Source: a virus
Lineage: Duplodnaviria; Caudoviricetes
DNA length: 64,000 nucleotides
Virus record (IMG/VR): IMGVR_UViG_2675903060_000003
Coordinates: 1 to 64,000 of that record
Reading direction: 5' to 3' (one strand)
Shown here: positions 56,846 to 64,000 of the stretch, in pieces
Numbering within the stretch: position 1 is the first letter of the stretch
Layout: each line of letters opens with the position of its first letter
The notes under the pieces: model-generated
Told to the model about the DNA's origin: nothing
Databases searched by the model: none
What the model saw: the letters and a program-made list of their open reading frames with translations, nothing else
Translations under genes and position numbers: made by a program

Positions 56846-56956
56846 ACCGCCCCCAGACATGCAGAAAGGCCCCCGGCGAAGTTGCCTGAGGGCCTATTTC
56901 TGGACGATCTCCTCGTTTATAGCAGGTCACCTATCGCCATGCCAAACGTGGCCGAA

Positions 56957-57616
56957 TTATGGGGCTGGCGTGTCGGACGTAGCCTCTGCTACGGGATAGC
57001 GGTCGGCTGGCTCGCCGTAGTGCTCGCGGATCATTCGGATGTGATCCATGAGTTCCGGGTCGGGCCTGAAGCGCTCCCTGCCGAGCGGTATCCGGAGGTG
57101 GGCGAACTGCTTATGCCGCATCCGCTCAAGCTCCTCATGGCCGGGCTCGGTGGCGAGGATCTCGTCCGGCATGAGCGAGGTCATGCGGTATTTGAAGCTG
57201 GTCGTTGTACCGATCTTGATGTAGTTGCCGATTCGGACGTAGTACACGACCATCCGGCCCTCTTTGCGCGCCTCGTCGAGCCGTTGCTCGACGCGGGACC
57301 GCTGGTCCTCGTGGTGGCGCCGGGACAGGGCCAGGTCTTGCGCCTCCCAAGCATCAAGCTTCGCTTGGCGTTGGAGGTACTCTTCGTGCCGTTCCAGATG
57401 CTTGCCGCAGAGCGCAATGCCGTGCTCCCGCGATCCGGGGACCACCACGTAGCCGCACTGTTCGCCTGTCTCGGTAACCCCCACGCACAGAGGGCGCGAT
57501 CTCGGCACATCTACGTGGACTCTCGCCCCGCACCCGCACCGATATGCGCCCTTGCCGCGTAATGTGTCGATGCCCATCTTGCGGCTACATCCGCACGTGA
57601 CGGTAAGTTCTTGCAT
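56957..57616 (-). CDS. GIY-YIG/T5orf172-like protein with N-terminal Cys motifs
   Basis: VYYVRIGNYIKIGTT, LERMRHKQF, ERF. Confidence 0.75.
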   Translation of the reverse strand: MQELTVTCGCSRKMGIDTLRGKGAYRCGCGARVHVDVPRSRPLCVGVTETGEQCGYVVVPGSREHGIALCGKHLERHEEYLQRQAKLDAWEAQDLALSRRHHEDQRSRVEQRLDEARKEGRMVVYYVRIGNYIKIGTTTSFKYRMTSLMPDEILATEPGHEELERMRHKQFAHLRIPLGRERFRPDPELMDHIRMIREHYGEPADRYPVAEATSDTPAP

Positions 57617-57961
57617 GTCAGCCTGCTCCTAACAGGTTGGCCGCGCCCCGGGACGGCTGGAACCGTCGCCGGGGTTCGAATACCTGTTCATTATCGCAGG
57701 CCCGGCCGACTTTTCGGCTGGGAATGAGGCATTTATACGCCCATCCCAGAGAGCAAGTTGCAGGTCAGGGCGTGCCGCTGCCCAATTCATCGGGAAGGCC
57801 GAAATACTCCTCGACGGTCATCGACCGCTGCTCATCGGCGACGAACAACGGCAGGTGGGACGGCACTACATCGACGCCGCCCTCGCGTCGGAAGCATTGG
57901 AAGACCGGGGCAGGAGGGGAAGTGGTGCACATCTCTTCTCCGACGTTCCCGGACATGGTTA

Positions 57962-58040
57962 AGCCTCGCTGACTGGGCTCGAACCAGCGTCCATCCGGTT
58001 AGCAGAGCCGGATGCTCTACCACTGAGCTACAGCGAGGCT
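57962..58040 (-). tRNA. Aberrant tRNA-like RNA (pseudo tRNA-Ser GCT?)
   Basis: TAGCTCAGTGGTAGAGC D arm, GCTGG-TTCGAGC-CCAGT T arm, TCCGG/CCGGA stem with 9-nt loop CTCTGCTAA, 10-bp acceptor helix. Confidence 0.75.
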
Positions 58041-58057
58041 GCCACCATCATCGCGCA

Positions 58058-59473
58058 TCAGGGCGTGTGCCCGCCACCTGAAAGCGGACGAGACGGAAGA
58101 TCCGAGACGACCACGCCCGCCGCGAGACCGTGTGCGGCATGCTCGACCAGGTCCGGCTTGACCTGCTTGCCGCTGAATACGCCCGCGCGGCGCAGCAGCG
58201 ACGCCCACACCGGGTCGGCGACCGTCACCCCGTGCACGAGTTCCGGCGTCGGCTTGAACGCCGCCACACGGTGCTTGGCAGGGCTGGCGGTCCAGCCCGT
58301 CTCCGCCGGGTCAAGGCCCGCTTCCGCGCACGCCTGCTCGACGTCGGCGCGGGTGCACGTCACCAGCCCGGACAGCACCTCCCACGGCAGCGGCAGCGAC
58401 GCCCACACCTTCGTGTTCGGATCGACGTCGCCGCCCGTGCTGCGATGCCACCACGCCAAGTCCGCTGCCATAAGCCGCATCACCTTGCCAGGACATGCTG
58501 CGTCCAGCAGCGGCAGGGCGCCCATCGACTGCAGGCAGGCCAGCCAGCCGGCGCGGGCCGCGTTGTACGCCTGGGCGACGGTGTTCCACGTGGACGAGTC
58601 GTCGCCGCGGCGCACCACCATCGACATGCGGTTGAGCGGGCGAGTCTGCCAGACCCGCTCCAGCCGGTCGGCGCATTGCCGCATCACCGCATACCAGGCG
58701 CCCAGCATCTCTCCACGCTCGGCGTCGGCGAGCCGGGCCAGAACGGACGGCTTGGCGTACACGACGGCGATCATCGCCCAGTCGGTGTCCGGGTTTGCCT
58801 CGCACCGGGCCAGCAGCATCTGCGCCACGTCGTCGAACGGGTTGCCCCTGCCGTTCAGGCTGAACTGCCGGCGCAGGTTCCGCCGCGCGGTGAAATAGGC
58901 GACGAAGCAGGCCGCGTCAGGGTCGGCGACGAACCTCTCCTCGGTGATGGTCGCCGCGAACCCGCTCCGGCCGACAAGCAGCAGCCGGCGCATCTCCTGG
59001 CCGTCGCCGAGCCTGCCCGCCTTGGCCGCGAGCCGCCCGAGCGCCCGGAATCGGCGGTTGTACTGCCGCTTGGGCACGTCGATGCCCGCTTCCCGGCGGG
59101 CGGCGCGGTCGAGCCGGTCGTGCTTGAAGTCCGCCCGGTCCGGGCTCCAGCCGATCTCCTGCCCGGCGAGCTGGGCGACCTCGGCCAGGGACACCGGGTC
59201 GCCAGGGTCGCGCTCGGCCCACTCCTGACGGTCGAACAGCCGCGCGACCGCAGCGAGCTGGTATGCGCCATCCTGCGGCTTGGCGAACTCCTCCGTCATG
59301 GACGACACCCAGCCGAGGCGCCGGTACGAGTGCGCCGCGGCCCGGTCCAGGGTCAACCGCTCCGGAGTCGAGAGCGAACCGTCCAGGGCGAGCGAGATCA
59401 GGTCTGCGACGTCCTCTGGGCGCAGGCGACGGTCGAGGGAGCGGTGCAGTTCGAGCAGCGGCTTGTTCGTCAT
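58058..59473 (-). CDS. Conserved-looking helical protein of unknown function (471 aa)
   Basis: Long ORF; motifs RPEDVA, KRQYNRRFR, RGDDSSTWN, GKVMRLMAAD, LPLPWEV. Confidence 0.85.
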   Translation of the reverse strand: MTNKPLLELHRSLDRRLRPEDVADLISLALDGSLSTPERLTLDRAAAHSYRRLGWVSSMTEEFAKPQDGAYQLAAVARLFDRQEWAERDPGDPVSLAEVAQLAGQEIGWSPDRADFKHDRLDRAARREAGIDVPKRQYNRRFRALGRLAAKAGRLGDGQEMRRLLLVGRSGFAATITEERFVADPDAACFVAYFTARRNLRRQFSLNGRGNPFDDVAQMLLARCEANPDTDWAMIAVVYAKPSVLARLADAERGEMLGAWYAVMRQCADRLERVWQTRPLNRMSMVVRRGDDSSTWNTVAQAYNAARAGWLACLQSMGALPLLDAACPGKVMRLMAADLAWWHRSTGGDVDPNTKVWASLPLPWEVLSGLVTCTRADVEQACAEAGLDPAETGWTASPAKHRVAAFKPTPELVHGVTVADPVWASLLRRAGVFSGKQVKPDLVEHAAHGLAAGVVVSDLPSRPLSGGGHTP

Positions 59474-59536
59474 CTGGGGGCTCCAGGGTTGGTGTGGCGA
59501 GGGTAGCCCGGCCGCGCAGCCGGGCGCGAAGGGGTT

Positions 59537-60370
59537 TCAGGCGCGCCGGCTGGTGTGGTCGTCCCGGCCTGCCGGTTGGAGAGGCCGCCGCCTGTAGGAC
59601 TTGACCGGCTCTACGCGCGCCCTCGTCAGGTCGGTGTACTGCTCGGCGTCGTACTCGGCCCGGCACTGCCGGCACCGCGCCCCCGCGGGCTGCCCGTCGT
59701 CGTCCAGCAGCTCAAACAACTCCGGATAGCCGCAGTCGCAGTACACCCCGGACAGGTGCCTGCTCGGCTGCTTGGTGTCGGTGAGGAAGCGCCTGCACCG
59801 GTGGGCGAGGTCGAGCAGGTCGAGGCCGGCGTCGGCCCCGTCCAGGTCAACGAACTCGCCGTCGCGGAGCATCGGTTCGGCGCCGAGCGCGAGCAGCGCG
59901 TCCAGGTGGGCGGCGAGGATCGTCCACGACTGCGAGAACACGACGCCGTCGCGGCGCCGGCGGGACGTGGCGGTGTCGAGAGGCTTCAGCCGGGCGACGG
60001 TACGGACCCGCTCCTCCCAGGAGACGAGCGTGGCGAGGATCAGTCGCAGCAACTCGTCGGCGGCGAGGGACAGCGGCACCGGGGCGGTCTTGGAGACGGC
60101 GACGATGGGGCCGCCTGCGACGGCCTGGAAGGTCTTGTCGAGCCGCTGGTGGACGCGCACGAACAGCTCGGGCAGGTCGTTGAGCGCCTTGCTGATCGCG
60201 TTCCGGTCCTGGGGGCAGAACGCCTGGTAGGTGAGCGCCGGGAGGCGGACTGTACGGCCGCTCTCGTCGGAGAGGCGCGGTGCTGAGCAGCGGTCGCCGC
60301 GGGCGCACTCCCGCTGGCCATCCTCGGTGTAGTCGTCCGGAGCTGAGTGAATCCAGTATCGGCGTGACAC
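59537..60370 (-). CDS. Zn-binding phage protein (possible transcription regulator)
   Basis: N- and C-terminal Cys pairs (CDCG, CRQC); GGAGG RBS. Confidence 0.7.
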   Translation of the reverse strand: MSRRYWIHSAPDDYTEDGQRECARGDRCSAPRLSDESGRTVRLPALTYQAFCPQDRNAISKALNDLPELFVRVHQRLDKTFQAVAGGPIVAVSKTAPVPLSLAADELLRLILATLVSWEERVRTVARLKPLDTATSRRRRDGVVFSQSWTILAAHLDALLALGAEPMLRDGEFVDLDGADAGLDLLDLAHRCRRFLTDTKQPSRHLSGVYCDCGYPELFELLDDDGQPAGARCRQCRAEYDAEQYTDLTRARVEPVKSYRRRPLQPAGRDDHTSRRA

Positions 60371-60524
60371 GTGGGCCTCCCCCGAGGTCGGTACGCTAGC
60401 GGGAGGCTTCTGTGGCTGCAGGGGCGGGCGAGGTCGAGGCGGCTCTCCGGTGGTGCGGAGGGCCGCTTTCGCGTTCACGGAGAGTATCGCGCATGCAGGC
60501 GTTCGTGTTCTGTCCGCGATTGTC

Positions 60525-60854
60525 TCACTTCCGCACGATCAGCCAAAACCATCCGGCAAGGATCATCAGCCCCAGCACGGCCAGCACGGCGGCGAGGGCG
60601 GGCTGCCAGTCTTGCAGGAATAGTGGAAGGACGACGATGCTGACGAGGGCGACCGCGACGGCCACCCCGCCCTTGGGTAAGGGTCGTTCTGCCCATGGTG
60701 GGGAGTCCGGCTCCCACTGAGCAGGCGCCGGAGGCTCGGCGTGCTCGGCCGGTTGTTGCGGGAGTGCTTCCCACAGCATGCCGCAGTCGGGGCAGCGCCA
60801 CGCTATGGGGGTGCCAGCGCCGAGCGGCGGCTTGCACTCGTGGTCCGTCACCAT
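60525..60854 (-). CDS. Zn-ribbon + 2-TM protein
   Basis: WRCPDCG; C-terminal TMs. Confidence 0.6.
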   Translation of the reverse strand: MVTDHECKPPLGAGTPIAWRCPDCGMLWEALPQQPAEHAEPPAPAQWEPDSPPWAERPLPKGGVAVAVALVSIVVLPLFLQDWQPALAAVLAVLGLMILAGWFWLIVRK

Positions 60855-61026
60855 CTGGCGTCTGGGGTCTCGTAGGGCTCTCCGAAGTGCAGTATCACCA
60901 CAGGCTCGTCGCTGGGCGCGGCGAGGAAGCACTGCCGTTCCTCGTCCCACACGCTTACGGCGGGGTCTTCGAGGACGAGCAGGCTGTCGGCCCAGCCGTG
61001 CGTGGTCGAGTAGGTGCGGATCGGCG

Positions 61027-61473
61027 CTACGAAGGGCATCGGTCGGTCCTCTCTGGAGCCCACTCGGGAAGGTATCCGGGACGGTGGCGGTAGCGGCTGG
61101 CGATACGGCGGACGGTAGGGCAGTCCCCGTCCAGGATCCACATGCAGTTGTCGTCCACGCCGGCGCATTCGTGGCTGCCCTCGTGGTCGTCGAGGATCGC
61201 CAGGTCCGCTTGGCAGTCGGTGATGATCTGCTGCGGGTCGTTGAACGCGATGTGCGCCAGGTCGTCCTCGTCCACTCCAGGGCTGGGCAGGGCGACGCCG
61301 AACAGCTCGGTCCCGTCCTCGGCGTCCACTACAGCTACGAGGTCATCAGCGCCGCCGTCTGGGCGTTCGGAGAGTCGTCCGCGGACCTCCCATGAGGCTC
61401 CGTGCGCCTCTTCAGCGAGCGACTTCCGGTGCTCGATCTGCTGGCGTGTCCAGGACAGCATGTCGGAGGTCAC
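61027..61473 (-). CDS. DUF6221-like protein
   Basis: HIAFNDP...AILDDH...CPTVRRIASRYRHRPGY..EW. Confidence 0.8.
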   Translation of the reverse strand: MTSDMLSWTRQQIEHRKSLAEEAHGASWEVRGRLSERPDGGADDLVAVVDAEDGTELFGVALPSPGVDEDDLAHIAFNDPQQIITDCQADLAILDDHEGSHECAGVDDNCMWILDGDCPTVRRIASRYRHRPGYLPEWAPERTDRCPS

Positions 61474-61997
61474 GAGGCCGCTCCCGTCTCTGCGGTCTGT
61501 TCTGTGTGCCGGTAGGTGCAGTGTCCGCAACGAGGGCAGTGGGGGTGATCGCCCTTGCCGCAGTCGGGGCCGGGGTTCCAGGTGCAGCGCTCGCACGAGT
61601 CGCAGGTGGCGTTGAGGGTCCGCAGGCGGGCGGGCACTAGGTCGTGCAGGTGGGCGCGCACGAACTCGCGCCACTCCGCCATGTCGACCCCTTCCGGGTC
61701 GGCAGGGCTGATCAGGTCGGCCAGCCACGCCTCGACATCCACCGGCGGGTTCACGATCTCGGCCATGTCGCACTCGTGGCCAGCCGCCCAGCATTCGTGG
61801 CAGTTCTGGTCCTGCTCGGCGTCGTGGCCGGCGCAGATGAGGAACAAGCCGAGGTGTTCGTGGACGCAGCCTGCGACGAGCAGCCGTTTCGCTGGCATCT
61901 GGCAGGGGCGGCGGGACTCGGTGTGGATGCCGCTACAGGGGAGGGGGATGTGTTTGCCCTCGGCGACGAGCTGGTAGAGGGCGTCCAGCGCGGTCAT
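61470..61997 (-). CDS. Cys/His-rich hypothetical protein
   Basis: Multiple CxxC. Confidence 0.6.
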   Translation of the reverse strand: MTALDALYQLVAEGKHIPLPCSGIHTESRRPCQMPAKRLLVAGCVHEHLGLFLICAGHDAEQDQNCHECWAAGHECDMAEIVNPPVDVEAWLADLISPADPEGVDMAEWREFVRAHLHDLVPARLRTLNATCDSCERCTWNPGPDCGKGDHPHCPRCGHCTYRHTEQTAETGAAS

Positions 61998-62154
61998 GGC
62001 GTCGCCTCGCCGTTGCTCTCAGGGCAGCAGTCACGGCAGTTGAGTTCATTGCAGGTGCGGCACAGGGTGAGGTGGTGTCCGTCCACCACGTCGCTGGCCA
62101 GTTCGTGGCCTTCGTGGGCTGCCATCCAGCGGTCGTGACGTGTGGTCGTCGTGG

Positions 62155-62331
62155 TCATGTCGCACCTTCCAGGAGGTCGGTCTGTCCGTCGCAGTCTCCC
62201 CCGTCGCGCTTCGAGAAGCGGGGCGACGAAGGGGTGGTGATCCCCAGCCGTTCGGCGCAGTCAGGCCCGTACCCGAGACGGCGGGATTCCGGGTCCCACA
62301 ACTTCTTGCCGCACCCTGCCCGGCACTTCAT
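62155..62331 (-). CDS. DUF6011-like small Zn-finger protein
   Basis: CGKKLWDPESRRLGYGPDC. Confidence 0.75.
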   Translation of the reverse strand: MKCRAGCGKKLWDPESRRLGYGPDCAERLGITTPSSPRFSKRDGGDCDGQTDLLEGAT

Positions 62332-62369
62332 GACCGGGAGGGGTGGGGCGTCGAGGTCAAGCAGGTCCA

Positions 62370-63535
62370 CTACCGCTCCCGGTGCCTGTCCAGCGCAGCC
62401 TCGGTCTCCTTCAGGAGCCTGTCCACTCTGCGCAAGGCACGCCAGCACACCGCCGCGAGCGGGATGCCGACCAGCGCCCATAAGGCGATCACGAGCAGGT
62501 CGAGGGCGAGAGCGAGTTCATCCACGGCGGCGGCTCCTCGCCGTTTCGGCGATCTGCTTGTTGATCTGGGCGACCTTGACCCAGTCCCGTTCGGCTGCCT
62601 TCCATGACTCCTCGGCGCGTTTCCAGTTCGCGATCGTCTCCCGTGCGGAGCGTCGCACCTGGCAGAGAGTGTGGAAGGAGAACACCAGTGCAGCGAAAGA
62701 GAATGCGAGCACTCCGTAGACGAGCCAAGCGGGCATGGTCACGTCTCCTCCTCGGCGGCTTCCTGTCGCTCCATGAGCCGCTGCCCGAGTAGAGGCAGAG
62801 CGTACGCCCACGCTTTCGCGAGGAGCTGTTCCTCGGGAGACTCCGGCGGGCGGTAGTCGTCCTCAAGCACGTCGCCTCCTCCTTCGGGTGCGCCGCTGGT
62901 ACTGGCTCCGTCAGGGTTGGTCATGCCGTCCAGTCTCCTCCTCGTCCAGCAGGTCCGGCGGCGGGTCGAGTGCGTCCCGGAGTTCTCCGGCGACCAAATC
63001 GAACCAGTTCCTCGCGCTCGCGCGAGTCGCGGTTTCGGCGTTCAACTCGTACACGTCGGCCAACTGCCGAACGCGGGCGATGGTCGCCTCAGCCTCGCGG
63101 AGCCGCTCCATCTCCTCGTCTCGTACGGCGGCGACCACCTCGGCCAGTTCCGCACATGACGGCGTCCAGAACGAGCGGCACCCATCCCCTGCGGTGACCA
63201 TGACGTACGGCGTCTGCCCGATCCGGTCGGCGGGCTCGGGCTTCTCCACCCGCTCGTTCTCGCCGTCCCGGTCGCAGCGGTAGACCGGCTCGGTGAACTT
63301 CGCGGCGAGCGCTTCGGCGTAGCGCTGGCGGAGGTCGTCACTCATCGTCGTCAGGCTCCTCGGTCTCTTCGGGTCCGTACAGCATGTCCAGCCAGGCCGT
63401 GCGACGCTCGGCGACCACCAGGGCGAGGCGATCTCGCAGATCTGCGAGACGCCGGTTCTGCGCCTGCTGGCGGCGCCGATAGGAGCGCAGCGCCGCCAGG
63501 GTGCTGTCTGTTGGGTGGCGGAGGTCGTGACTCAC
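62370..63535 (-). CDS. Run of small early-region hypothetical genes (62370-62525, 62518-62736, 62739-62924, 62911-63345, 63338-63535)
   Basis: RBSs and overlaps; MSDDLRQRYAEAL motif in 62911-63345. Confidence 0.55.
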
Positions 63536-64000
63536 AGGACCAGCTCCCGGACCGCCAGGGACAGAGCATCAACCTCGGGCAGTGGACGCACGTCCGTCAG
63601 GTAGGTTCGCCTGCCCTCGGTGACCCGCACCCGCCCTAACGGCTCCCTGCCGCGCTGCTCGGGGTGGGTGTGCCAGCCGACAGGTCCGGAACCGCAGGCG
63701 GACCCGTCGCACTCGACCTCGAAGTACGAGAGGGGGATCAGGCCAGGGTCGAAGGGGTTCAAAGGGTGATCCTCTCGTTGAGGGAGACGCACGCCCACCC
63801 GGTTGGGGGCAGAGCGCACGTCGGCATGGTCGGCTCCTAGACGGACACCCGACCGCAGCCAGGGCAGGAGCGCTGACGGTGGGTACGGGACATGGCTTCC
63901 GCCCACTCGTGCCACGCCAGGTAGCCGGAAGGGGCGGGAGTGTGAAGGGCGGCGCGAGGGCAGGGGCGGAGGTCGTCAACCATGCCGCACCTGCTCTTCG

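Larger units (their letters stand above)
13500..64000 (-). mobile_element. Siphovirus-type prophage (lysis, tail, head, packaging, accessory and early genes); extends beyond the right edge
   Basis: Canonical order TerS-TerL-portal-scaffold-MCP-adaptors-tail tube-TAC-TMP-Dit-lysin-holin; dense overlapping small ORFs; left boundary approximate. Confidence 0.95.

Overview
High-GC (~70%) actinomycete DNA made up almost entirely of mobile-element sequence. About 13.5-64 kb is a siphovirus-type prophage on the minus strand. Read right to left it has small early/middle genes with a BRO antirepressor, a second structural cassette, HNH, a candidate cos site, TerS/TerL, portal, scaffold, capsid, head-tail genes, tail tube, frameshifted chaperones, tape measure, baseplate and lysis genes. 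The 1-12.5 kb part is mostly plus strand. It holds an AICE/Streptomyces-plasmid-type transfer module (TraB-like FtsK ATPase, Spd-like membrane proteins), homologues of developmental regulators (BldC-like, frameshifted SsgA-like, XRE/DUF397 pair), a kinase and a NUDIX hydrolase. No integrase or att site is visible, so I cannot tell whether this is one hybrid element or two neighbours. Best novelty candidates: (1) a virion-glycosylation/fibre system, with a 1241-aa Ser/Thr/Pro/Ala repeat protein co-transcribed with four glycosyltransferase-like genes and a nucleotide-sugar epimerase, a fifth GT coupled to the capsid gene, and cassette genes duplicated in the baseplate region; (2) a ~400-500-nt structured non-coding region after the holin that contains a tRNA and a tRNA-like cloverleaf; (3) an aberrant tRNA-like RNA directly behind a 471-aa unknown protein; (4) the phage/TraB juxtaposition with an in-gene 12-bp-periodic site array. 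All family assignments come from motifs recognised by eye; no database searches were run.
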